Source of the DNA: Phototrophicaceae bacterium
GTDB taxonomy: Bacteria > Chloroflexota > Anaerolineae > Aggregatilineales > Phototrophicaceae
Assembly (NCBI GenBank): GCA_965243515.1
Contig: OZ251572.1
Coordinates: forward strand, 1,047,239-1,111,238
Length of the DNA stretch: 64,000 nucleotides
Direction: 5' to 3'
Every line of letters starts with the position of its first letter. Position 1 is the first letter of the stretch. The notes below the pieces were generated by a model. It saw only the letters and a program-made list of their open reading frames with translations. It made no database searches and was not told where the DNA came from. Positions 25,950 through 34,622 of this stretch are shown here, in pieces. The position numbers and the translations under genes were made by a program.

Positions 25950-27209
25950 TCAGGCAGTCGGCTGCCGCCACCACCAGCCAGCCTTTCGGCGTTCGCCATA
26001 TTTGAGTTTTTTGTCCAGCCACAAAGCCAGCCGCCGCCAGCGATTGCCCAGCATCCAGCGCAGAATGCGGTTATGGAATTTTGAAAAATCTTTGTTGTAT
26101 GGGCAAACGCGAATGCAAATCGAGCAGTCCGTTCCTTGGTTGACCCAAAACTTGAAGCATTTTTTGGCGTCAATCGTCCACTTTTTGACGCCCTTGAGAT
26201 GTGACAGGCCATCATAAGTCTCATAGCTGGGCGCGTCGGCCGGGATAGCTTTAATCGGACAGCCATCGCTGCATCGGCGGCAAACATTGCAGGTTTCGGT
26301 GACGCCAAAGTCGATGGGTTCATCGGCGACCAGCGGCAAATCAGTAAATATCTTGGCGATCCGCACCCTGGGCCCATATTCCGGCGTAATCAGCAGACCG
26401 TGCCGGCCGTACTGCCCCAGGCCGGCCTGAATCGCCAGCGGGATTGATAAAGCGGTGTCATTGAGGCTGGCGACGGCGCGGTAGCCCAGGTTGCGAATGT
26501 ACTGCGTTATCGACAGGACAGCGATGATGTCTTTGCTGTAGCCTTGCCCGGTGGCGGCGCCGCTCAAGGCCGATGGCACGGTTTGGATGGTTTGGTGGTG
26601 CATTTCGTTGGCGATCACGACTACGCTGGTGAAGTCATCGGGCAGGTCCATTACCTTGTCGGTCAGTTTTTGGCGGCTGTAGCGGTGCGTATAAACCCAG
26701 CGCTCGTCATATTCGCAGATGCCAATCGTATCGGCGCCGAGGAACTTGCCGGCGCGTTTGAGGTCAGCCGTGTTTTCGGCCGCCGCGCCTTTGATTTTGC
26801 GCGCCGCGCCTTCGCGAAACATGGTATAGCTGTCCAAAAAGCCCTCTTTGCGGTCTGCTGACATCTCCAGCAAATCGGCGGTGAAATCGGCAATGTACCA
26901 GGCGGCGTTTCGCAGGGCATAATCTCGATGCTGGAAGCCCTCGACCTTGCGGAACTGCGCCAAATCGGTAAAGTAGGATTCATAGAACCGGCGGGCGCGG
27001 TCAGAGCGAACCTCATCGTCCCAGATGGAGCGGTTGAACATGTCGTGCTTTTGATTGAAACGCTCAAAGTCGCTCGAAACCTCGAAGCCGGTTTTGGCAT
27101 CGACGGGCTTTGAGCAGACGCAGCTTTCGCACTGGCAGCGCGCTTGTTTGGTTTTGGCGGAACTTATCATGCTAATAATCCTGGACAGGGATTTGCCATC
27201 CCCTTTCAT
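25950..27209 (-). CDS. Reductive-dehalogenase-family (RdhA-like) iron-sulfur protein, no TAT leader
   Basis: GLGQYGRHGLLITPEYGPRVRIAKIFTDLPL, then CNVCRRCSDGCP, a ~40-aa insert with KKWTIDAKKCFKFW, then CSICIRVCPYNK. This is the RdhA arrangement of two 4Fe-4S motifs. There is no RRxFLK motif, and the start ATG overlaps the stop of the upstream gene (ATGA). Confidence 0.65.
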   Translation of the reverse strand: MKGDGKSLSRIISMISSAKTKQARCQCESCVCSKPVDAKTGFEVSSDFERFNQKHDMFNRSIWDDEVRSDRARRFYESYFTDLAQFRKVEGFQHRDYALRNAAWYIADFTADLLEMSADRKEGFLDSYTMFREGAARKIKGAAAENTADLKRAGKFLGADTIGICEYDERWVYTHRYSRQKLTDKVMDLPDDFTSVVVIANEMHHQTIQTVPSALSGAATGQGYSKDIIAVLSITQYIRNLGYRAVASLNDTALSIPLAIQAGLGQYGRHGLLITPEYGPRVRIAKIFTDLPLVADEPIDFGVTETCNVCRRCSDGCPIKAIPADAPSYETYDGLSHLKGVKKWTIDAKKCFKFWVNQGTDCSICIRVCPYNKDFSKFHNRILRWMLGNRWRRLALWLDKKLKYGERRKAGWWWRQPTA

Positions 27210-29410
27210 TTATATTGCAGTTGAATAAATTCTTTAATTCGGTCTGTGTGTTCAGCCAATCTTTGCTCCAGCGTCTTCAGCTTTATCCATGTTTCTTCAA
27301 ACGGCTCAAACAAAGAAATTTGCTCCTCAATAGGCAGGATAGGTATCGGAAAATCTTTGATATGGCTTATGTAGATATGCGGCTGGCCGGTGCCTTGCTG
27401 GCGGCTGTAAATTTCCTGCTGTTTAAGTTTCATGCACATAAAAAGGTATCTGTTCAGGAATTTTGATTCATCTTTACTTTTGATCACGATTGAATCGGAT
27501 GCCCATATTGGGCTGTCATGCCACCATACATAACCGGCGTACGCGCCGGATTTGCTTATCGTGAATACACCTCCTAAGTAATTATATTCGCCATGTGTAT
27601 AAGGAACAGTGCCGCGCCCACCAGCAATGACCGGGATATTGCCGGGAGTTGTATCGGCTTTGGTAATGGATTTGCCATTTTGCAGCACAGCCGCTTCTTC
27701 AAGGCTAATATAATCTTTGTCGTTTGCGACCTTCCATTTTTCGTATAAATGAAAGGATTGTCGACTTTCCAGATTTTTAACTGAAATTACGCTAATATCA
27801 AGATTGATGGGCATATTCTCTTCAGGCTCGTCCGAATCCTGATAAAAGAAGAGCGTTTTATCCAAGTCATTTATGTCATTTACCGGCGTGCGCTTGCTGT
27901 CAAAGCCGTCGTTTCTAATGGCTGCTTGATAGAACCAATCGGTTTGCCGCGCGCCTTTGTCGGTCAAATAAATAATGCCGGTTTTAGCGTCGGTGTAAGG
28001 CGCGAAGCAGCCGCGCGGCAGCCTGGCCAAGAGTCTGACGCGCGAATTCGAGAACAGGAATCTCAACAACTCGGTATGCTTGCGATTGACAAGCAGCCCA
28101 TCCGGCACGACGATTGCCATAGACCCGCCGAGCCTCAAGCTGTTAAAACACTTTATAACGCAGGCTTCATCAGCATCCTTTGGACTGCCCTCGACGAGAT
28201 CTAATATCTCTTGAGACACATTTTGCGAAAATGGGATATTAGAAAGGACGTTGTCGTACTTCCCATCCGTATCTGCCCGCAGGCTGTTCTGCTGTGTTAC
28301 TCCCGAATGGCCATCGCCAAACAAAATCATATTCATTTTGGCGATGCGCGCGGTAGTGGTGATTTCCCCGCCGAAGACGGTTTTATTATGCAATGTGTCA
28401 AACACTTCTTTCGACAATCGGCGCTGCTGGCTGATATGCTTAAATGATTCGGTGAGAAATCCGCCGGTGCCGCAAAATGGATCATAGATGTTTTCGCCAT
28501 ACTTCGGATTAAGCAGCCTAACCATGAACCTTATGATATGGCGGGGCGTGAAATACTCGCCCAGATCGTTTTGAGTGTCGGTGGTCTTCTGAATAAAATG
28601 TTCAAAGGCGACGCCTTTTATGTCTTCGTCAATGCCGGTGAGATGCAAGGGATTGAGTTTGTGAATAATTTTCCTCATGGCGCTGGCGTATTCTGGCTCA
28701 ATAGATGATTTAGTGATGACTTCGCCGCCGTAGACTTCACTAAGCCGATTCATCGCGACTTCATTCAAATAAAGCAAGAGGTCTTTTTCGGGCTGCTGAA
28801 GCAGCTGATGCCAGATTTCACCGTCGCCCTTTTCGCTAAGCAGTTTCAAAAAGAGGATGTTGGCGAATTCGCTGAATCTTTCGATGCCGGCGCGAAGGCC
28901 GGCTGCTCTAAGGTCGTTATTCAGTTCTGAAAACAACTGAATTAACTGTTCCCTGGACTTGATGACTTCTCTGGGAACGGTGAATATCTCGTTTGTCCCT
29001 TCACTCTGAAATCGCTTCAGCAGTTCCAGAGGAAGAAATTCGTTCACTTCGACGCCGTTCAAGTACAAGGGCTTGCCGCTGTCGAGATATTGAGACTTTA
29101 AGGTCGCGCCATTGCAGGCGAAGACTATTTTTACTCCAATTCGGTCGGCATAATTTTTGGCTTGACTAAGCGCATCATTGAGATTCGTCACCGCTGGCTT
29201 CTTGGCCTCAATTACGGCAAGCGGAATGGCACCGTCGAATAAAGTGTAATCGGGTCTTTTGTTTCCTAGATTTTGCGTGCTTTGATGCGACAGCCGGGCT
29301 TTGACTGATTCTTCGAAAAATACATTTCGCCTATGATCTTGAGCGTCGAGAAACCATCCCTTCGCCTCTAAAGCACGGTCTATTTGATATCGAATGTCTG
29401 TCTCAATCAC
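27206..29410 (-). CDS. Single-chain restriction-modification-like protein: PD-(D/E)xK nuclease-like N-domain + gamma-class N6-adenine methyltransferase + one HsdS-type target-recognition domain (type IIG/IIB-like)
   Basis: RPDYTLF...AVIEAKK (HsdR_N-type nuclease motif), motif I IYDPFCGTGGFL, motif IV VLSNIPFS, and a C-terminal TRD ending ..GTGQPHIYISHIKDFPIPILPIEEQ. The gene is AT-rich: a hand count gives 26/60 G+C at 28561-28620. Confidence 0.8.
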   Translation of the reverse strand: MIETDIRYQIDRALEAKGWFLDAQDHRRNVFFEESVKARLSHQSTQNLGNKRPDYTLFDGAIPLAVIEAKKPAVTNLNDALSQAKNYADRIGVKIVFACNGATLKSQYLDSGKPLYLNGVEVNEFLPLELLKRFQSEGTNEIFTVPREVIKSREQLIQLFSELNNDLRAAGLRAGIERFSEFANILFLKLLSEKGDGEIWHQLLQQPEKDLLLYLNEVAMNRLSEVYGGEVITKSSIEPEYASAMRKIIHKLNPLHLTGIDEDIKGVAFEHFIQKTTDTQNDLGEYFTPRHIIRFMVRLLNPKYGENIYDPFCGTGGFLTESFKHISQQRRLSKEVFDTLHNKTVFGGEITTTARIAKMNMILFGDGHSGVTQQNSLRADTDGKYDNVLSNIPFSQNVSQEILDLVEGSPKDADEACVIKCFNSLRLGGSMAIVVPDGLLVNRKHTELLRFLFSNSRVRLLARLPRGCFAPYTDAKTGIIYLTDKGARQTDWFYQAAIRNDGFDSKRTPVNDINDLDKTLFFYQDSDEPEENMPINLDISVISVKNLESRQSFHLYEKWKVANDKDYISLEEAAVLQNGKSITKADTTPGNIPVIAGGRGTVPYTHGEYNYLGGVFTISKSGAYAGYVWWHDSPIWASDSIVIKSKDESKFLNRYLFMCMKLKQQEIYSRQQGTGQPHIYISHIKDFPIPILPIEEQISLFEPFEETWIKLKTLEQRLAEHTDRIKEFIQLQYK

Positions 29411-29442
29411 CTGGACATCTCCAGTTTATTGTCTATGACACT

Positions 29443-29531
29443 CTTATGCTAACATAAACTTGACAATCCTGCCATTGCTTGGGGCATGTCATTTGCGCCG
29501 ACGGCATGCAGTCGGTATGCTTATGCTAACA
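29443..29531. repeat. 12-nt direct repeat cttatgctaaca (two copies, starts 77 nt apart) in the divergent RM-like/phzF intergenic region
   Basis: Exact copies at 29443-29454 and 29520-29531, with TTGACA at 29459-64 between them. Confidence 0.85.
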
Positions 29532-29572
29532 GGCAGTGAATAAAAGATATTTATGGCACAGGCAGGGACTCG

Positions 29573-30451
29573 ATGACGCGGATTGAATTTTACATTGTCG
29601 ATGTCTTCACCATCGGGCGCAAATACACCGGCAACCAGCTGGCGGTTTATCTGGGCAACCCGCCGACCGCGCTGATGCAGCAGCTGGCGAAGGAGATCAA
29701 TTTCTCCGAGATCGCCTTTGTAACGTCCAATACGCCTGAAAACGGCGGCTATAATGTGCGGATATTCATGCCCGAAGTCGAAGCGCCTTTCGCCGGGCAT
29801 CCCGTGCTTGGCACAGCTTACGTCATTCGGCGCGAGCTTATCCGCAAGCCAGTCGATGGCCTATTGCTGAACCTGGCGGTCGGACAGATTCCCGTGACCT
29901 TTGGCGAGGATGGCGTGATTTGGATGCGGCAGAATCCACCGACCTTTGGCCGCCGGTTTGAAGCGGCGGAAGTGGCGCCGATACTCAATGTCGACGAGTC
30001 GGATATTGATCGGCGCTATCCGATTCAGGAAGTGTCGACTGGCTTGCCCTTTGTGATTGCGCCGATGGTGTCGCTGGATGCGGTGAAACGGGCGCGGGTC
30101 AATCTTGATCGGCTGCGGGCGATGCTTGGCGCGCATGATGCCATTGGCCCGGCGATATTCTGCCCGCAGACCCTGCATGAGGAAAACGATATTCATGTGC
30201 GGGTTTTGGACGATATTTATGGCGCGCCCGAAGACCCGGCCACCGGCAGCGCCAACGGCTGCATCGCCGGCTACCTTGTCCATTATCGCTGTTTCGGCGG
30301 CGGCATCTCGCTGCGTTCCGAACAGGGCTATCAAATCGGACGGCCTTCGCTGCTGCATCTCCAAGCCCATCGGACAGCCGATGAAATCGTGATTCGGGTT
30401 GGCGGGCAGGTCGAGATGGTGGCGCAGGGACATCTGGCTTCTGATGAATAA
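29573..30451 (+). CDS. PhzF-family isomerase (phenazine biosynthesis-like protein)
   Basis: FYIVDVFT...GNQLAVY...LAKEINFSEIAFV...VRIFMPEVEAPFAGHPVLGTA and a second half with ..EDPATGSANG. Confidence 0.85.
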   Translation: MTRIEFYIVDVFTIGRKYTGNQLAVYLGNPPTALMQQLAKEINFSEIAFVTSNTPENGGYNVRIFMPEVEAPFAGHPVLGTAYVIRRELIRKPVDGLLLNLAVGQIPVTFGEDGVIWMRQNPPTFGRRFEAAEVAPILNVDESDIDRRYPIQEVSTGLPFVIAPMVSLDAVKRARVNLDRLRAMLGAHDAIGPAIFCPQTLHEENDIHVRVLDDIYGAPEDPATGSANGCIAGYLVHYRCFGGGISLRSEQGYQIGRPSLLHLQAHRTADEIVIRVGGQVEMVAQGHLASDE

Positions 30452-30485
30452 CCTGACAGCTTGCAGAAGCAGAGTAAGGGAAGAG

Positions 30486-32123
30486 ATGAACGAGTTGAAT
30501 GTTAGGAACAGGACAATTTTTCATGGGGACAATCTGGAGTTTCTGCGCGGGATAAACAGCGAGACGATACACCTTATCGCGACTGATCCGCCGTTTAAGA
30601 AGGGGCGCGACTTTCACGCGGCGCCGGGGAGTCTAGCGCAAGGCGCGCGCTTCAAGGATCGCTGGTCTTGGGAACAGGACGTACAGGGCGATTGGGTGGA
30701 CAAAATTAAGGACGATTGGCCGGCGGCCTATGCGGTGATTGAAAGCACGCGGTTAAGCTATGGTGAGGATATGAGCGCGTTTTTGTGCTGGCTGGGTGTG
30801 CGGCTCATGGAGATGCGCCGGGCGCTGCGGGCCGATGGCAGTTTGTACCTTCACATCGACCATACGGCGCACGCGTACGTGAAGGCGCTTCTCGACTCCA
30901 TCTTTGGCGCGCGGAACTTCAGGAATGAAATTGTGTGGAGGCGTGTTCGAGGAGCAAAAAACGATGCTCGACAATATGGGCGGTCTTCTGATACCATTCT
31001 TTTTTATACCAAGAGTCAAAAGTGGACTTTTGACCCGCCGCGATTAAAGCAAGTTGATGACAGCTGGTATAAAAAAAGAGATGAAAGGGGTAAATATGTA
31101 TCAAGGCCTCTTCTCGCGTCAGGGGCAACAAAAGGAGACAGCGGGCAAGTTTGGCGCGGCGTCGCCCCCAAAGGCCATTGGATTGTTCCCCGCTTGCTAA
31201 CTGCCAGGTATGAAAAGGAGCAAAACAGAAAATTACAGGGAACAGTGCGCGAACGTCTGGATATATTAGCCGATGCGGGATACATCGACTTTTCACATAA
31301 TGGCAATCCATCATGGAGACGTTATTTATTTGAAGCTAATCCACCCCGTGTAGATAATATATGGGATGATGAAGAGACAAAACTTATGTCTCGAAATTCC
31401 CTAGAGCGTATCGGCTATCCAACGCAGAAGCCTCTCGCGTTATATGAGCGCATCATCAAGGCATCTTCCAACCCCGGCGACTTCGTCCTCGACCCTTTCT
31501 GCGGCTGCGCCACAACCCCCGTCGCCGCCGAGCGCCTCGGCCGCCAATGGATAGGAATGGACATCTGGGACAAAGCGCACGACACCGTCCTCTCCCGCCT
31601 AGAGCGCAACAATCTAGCAGTTCCCACCCGCGAGGAAAAAGAAGACCAGCCCAACCTCTTTACCTTTGGCGATGTAACCTATAGCGCGATTCCGCCGACT
31701 CGGACTGATGACAATGAAATCGCCGCGCCGCGCATCAAGCATAAAATCCCAATTCCAAAAGAGAAATGGGAGATGCTATCGCACAAGCAGATGAAATGGC
31801 ATCTCGCGCAATACCAGCGGCGAGAGGGAAAAGAGGGACTGATTGTATGCGCTGGCTGCGGGCGCGAGTTGGAAGTCGAGTTCATGGAGCTAGATCATAT
31901 CTCGCCCAAGTCAGATGGCGGCGCCAACAGCATCATCAATCGCATCTTAATATGCCGCCCGTGCAATGGCCGAAAGAGCAATGGTCTAACGCTCACCGGT
32001 CTGCATCGCGAAAACAGGCGTGAAAAGTGGATGCAGAGCAAGGAACTCGCCGACTTCGCCAAGCTGCGGCAATCGGAAGCAGTCGACCACGCCAAGCGCG
32101 ATCCCGATAGTATTCAGGTATAA
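30486..32123 (+). CDS. Beta-class (N4/N6, PF01555-like) DNA methyltransferase fused to a C-terminal HNH nuclease domain
   Basis: Motif IV IATDPPF near the N-terminus, YPTQKPLALYERII, and motif I VLDPFCGCATTPVAAERLGRQWIGMDI. The C-terminal HNH reads CAGCGRELEVEFMELDHISPKSDGGANSIINRILICRPCNGRKS. ATG 30486 is preceded by AAGGGAAGAG. Confidence 0.85.
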   Translation: MNELNVRNRTIFHGDNLEFLRGINSETIHLIATDPPFKKGRDFHAAPGSLAQGARFKDRWSWEQDVQGDWVDKIKDDWPAAYAVIESTRLSYGEDMSAFLCWLGVRLMEMRRALRADGSLYLHIDHTAHAYVKALLDSIFGARNFRNEIVWRRVRGAKNDARQYGRSSDTILFYTKSQKWTFDPPRLKQVDDSWYKKRDERGKYVSRPLLASGATKGDSGQVWRGVAPKGHWIVPRLLTARYEKEQNRKLQGTVRERLDILADAGYIDFSHNGNPSWRRYLFEANPPRVDNIWDDEETKLMSRNSLERIGYPTQKPLALYERIIKASSNPGDFVLDPFCGCATTPVAAERLGRQWIGMDIWDKAHDTVLSRLERNNLAVPTREEKEDQPNLFTFGDVTYSAIPPTRTDDNEIAAPRIKHKIPIPKEKWEMLSHKQMKWHLAQYQRREGKEGLIVCAGCGRELEVEFMELDHISPKSDGGANSIINRILICRPCNGRKSNGLTLTGLHRENRREKWMQSKELADFAKLRQSEAVDHAKRDPDSIQV

Positions 32124-32172
32124 AGAAGGCGGGATCGGGTATGTTCAAATTGAATTCTGAAAAGGAGAGGAC

Positions 32173-33147
32173 ATGGAATACAGAAATCTGGGACGGACAG
32201 GAGTCAAAGTCTCGCCGCTGTGCTTTGGGACGATGTCGTTTGGCGATATTGCCGATGAGGCTGAATCGGCAAAGATGTTTCATCGCTGCCGCGAGCGGGG
32301 CATCAACTTTTTCGACTGCGCCAATGTTTATGCTGGCGGGCGTTCCGAAGAGATCCTGGGCGATTTGATTGCCGACTGCCGCGATGAAATTGTCCTGACG
32401 ACCAAAGTTGTCTCACAGATGGGCGCCGATGTGAATGACGCCGGGGCGTCGCGGCGGCATATTCAAATCAGCGTCGAGCAGAGTTTGAAACGTCTGAAAA
32501 CCGACCGAATTGATGTGTATTTTTTGCATCATTATGATGCCGATACACCGATTGAGGAGACCTTGCGCGCGTTGGATGATCTGGTGCGGCAGGGGAAAAT
32601 CCTGTACCCGGCGGTTAGCAACTGGTCAGCCTGGCAGACGATGAAAGCGCAGGGCATCGCCAGTCGGGCCGGGCTGGCGCGGATTGAATGCTTGCAGCCG
32701 ATGTACAACCTGGTCAAGCGGCAGGCGGAGGTGGAGATTCTGCCGATGGCCGCCAGCGAGCAGATCGGCGTCATTCCCTACAGTCCATTGGGCGGCGGCC
32801 TGCTGACGGGCAAATATGCGCCAGAAATCAAACCCGACGCGGGGCGGCTGGTGGAAAACAAGATGTACATCAAACGTTATGGCGTGGCGGATTATTATCA
32901 GACGGCGGCTGATTTTGCGGCTCATGCGCGGCAGCGCGGGGTTCATCCGGCGACACTGGCGGTGGCCTGGGTGATGGCGAATCCGGCTGTGACCGCGCCC
33001 ATCATCGGCGCCCGCAGCCTTGAGCAGCTGGAGGATTCGCTGGCGGCGCTTGAGGTGACGATGACGTCCGAATGGCATCAGCAGATTTCAGCGCTTTCCA
33101 GCGCGCCGCCGCCGGCCAACGACCGTTTGGAAGAACGGGCGAAATAA
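32173..33147 (+). CDS. Aldo/keto reductase
   Basis: YRNLGRTGVKVSPLCFGTMSFG, NFFDCANVYAGGRSEEILG, and the C-terminal IIGARSLEQLEDSL. Confidence 0.9.
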   Translation: MEYRNLGRTGVKVSPLCFGTMSFGDIADEAESAKMFHRCRERGINFFDCANVYAGGRSEEILGDLIADCRDEIVLTTKVVSQMGADVNDAGASRRHIQISVEQSLKRLKTDRIDVYFLHHYDADTPIEETLRALDDLVRQGKILYPAVSNWSAWQTMKAQGIASRAGLARIECLQPMYNLVKRQAEVEILPMAASEQIGVIPYSPLGGGLLTGKYAPEIKPDAGRLVENKMYIKRYGVADYYQTAADFAAHARQRGVHPATLAVAWVMANPAVTAPIIGARSLEQLEDSLAALEVTMTSEWHQQISALSSAPPPANDRLEERAK

Positions 33148-33210
33148 GTTGCCTTAATTCGCAAAGCGCGCGATAATGTCGGCATATTAAAGTATTGAAA
33201 GAGGGAAATC

Positions 33211-34110
33211 ATGGATTTTGTTACCGCACTCAAGTATCCATTCAACAGCGCCGCCAAGGTGTTTAGCATCGTGCTGGTGATGACGATTGCGTTTGCCGTG
33301 TGTCTGGCTTTGATTATCGGCTCTTATGACTGGAGTTCTTTGGCCGAGGCGGTCAACAGCGGCATCAACCAGTCGATTGGCGCTGTCGAGACTTCTGGGG
33401 ATGCCGCCAGCCATGAACTGCTAAACGAGGAGCAGATGGAAGGGCTTGGCGTTGGCCTGGGTCGGGCCGCGCTTGGCCTGCTGGGGCTGGTCATTGTCAG
33501 CATCGTCGGCGGATTTTGGTTTTCGGGTTACAGCGTCGATGTCGTTCGCGCGGTGATGGCCGGTCGGGATGTCTTGCCGGCGGTCGAATTCGGCCGGAAT
33601 ATGCGGGCTGGCTTCATGCTGTTTCTTTCGGCGGTCTTGTATGGTCTGCTGTTTGTCGTCTATCTGATTGCCGTTGGCCTGCTGTCCAATTTGGGCGGCC
33701 TGATTGTTTTTCTGGCGGTCATTGCGGCCATCCCATTTCTGTTTGTCATGGGCTGGGGATATTACATCGGCATGGCGCGTTACGCGGCTGAAGGCGATTC
33801 CGGCGCGGTCTTCCAAATCTGGAGAAATATGAAAACCGCCCGCGCCAATATCGGCCCGGGAGTGAGCCTGGTGTTTTTTCAGATTGTACTGGGCTTCATC
33901 TATAACATCGGGACGAGAGTTCTGGACGGCTTGATCAATGGAATCACCGGGTCGGGCGGCGTGCTGCTGACGGCGCTGGTTATATCAGTGATTGTCTTCT
34001 TCGCGCTGAACCTGTTCCAGCATTTTTCGGCGCAGCACTTGATCGCGCAGTACGCCATGCGAATCGGCATCGGCGGGGCCGGGCCAAAGGACAAGGTTGA
34101 TTTTGATTAG
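33211..34110 (+). CDS. DUF4013-like polytopic membrane protein
   Basis: ALKYPFNS...KVFSIVLV at the N-terminus and GFWFSGYSVDVVRAVMAGRDVLPAVEFGRNMRAGF match my memory of the DUF4013 pattern. Confidence 0.55.
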   Translation: MDFVTALKYPFNSAAKVFSIVLVMTIAFAVCLALIIGSYDWSSLAEAVNSGINQSIGAVETSGDAASHELLNEEQMEGLGVGLGRAALGLLGLVIVSIVGGFWFSGYSVDVVRAVMAGRDVLPAVEFGRNMRAGFMLFLSAVLYGLLFVVYLIAVGLLSNLGGLIVFLAVIAAIPFLFVMGWGYYIGMARYAAEGDSGAVFQIWRNMKTARANIGPGVSLVFFQIVLGFIYNIGTRVLDGLINGITGSGGVLLTALVISVIVFFALNLFQHFSAQHLIAQYAMRIGIGGAGPKDKVDFD

Positions 34111-34553
34111 CCCGACTTGAGGTCGCCATGCGAATCGAGCAGATGCTTGAGGGCCTCCCATTCTTTGCGTAAGGCGCTCTTGAGGGTCATGCTGAAGAAA
34201 AGCCCGAACCAAAACATCCAGCGCGTGCGGATATTCACCGTTTCGCGGACGCTGGTCTGCTGGCCGCGATGCTCAAAGGTGATGGTGGCGATGAAGGGAA
34301 AGCCCCAATAGGAGCCTTTGAGTTCGATTTTGCGGTTGCGCTCATAATCGGTGACGTCGCTGTTGACGAAGCCTCGGCGGCCCATCAGGTGGCGCGTCAT
34401 CGCCACCATTGACCCGGGTCGTATCGGGTCGCCATTGGTGATTCCAACGCCCTGCACACTGCGCCAGTGGACGTCGTTTCTGAAGTCGCCCACGTATTTG
34501 AAGACCTGAAAGACAGGGCGGTTAATCAGGACTTGATTTTCAAATTTGGGCAT
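34107..34553 (-). CDS. SRPBCC-superfamily (polyketide cyclase/dehydrase-like) protein
   Basis: 148 aa starting ..ENQVLINRPVFQVFKYVGDFRNDVHW, with an alternating beta-strand pattern and a C-terminal helix. Confidence 0.6.
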   Translation of the reverse strand: MPKFENQVLINRPVFQVFKYVGDFRNDVHWRSVQGVGITNGDPIRPGSMVAMTRHLMGRRGFVNSDVTDYERNRKIELKGSYWGFPFIATITFEHRGQQTSVRETVNIRTRWMFWFGLFFSMTLKSALRKEWEALKHLLDSHGDLKSG

Positions 34554-34622
34554 GCGGCACCAGCTTCCTCTTGATGAACGCGCCCTATTATAACCTGCGC
34601 GGGCGGGGATTCAATGAACAGT

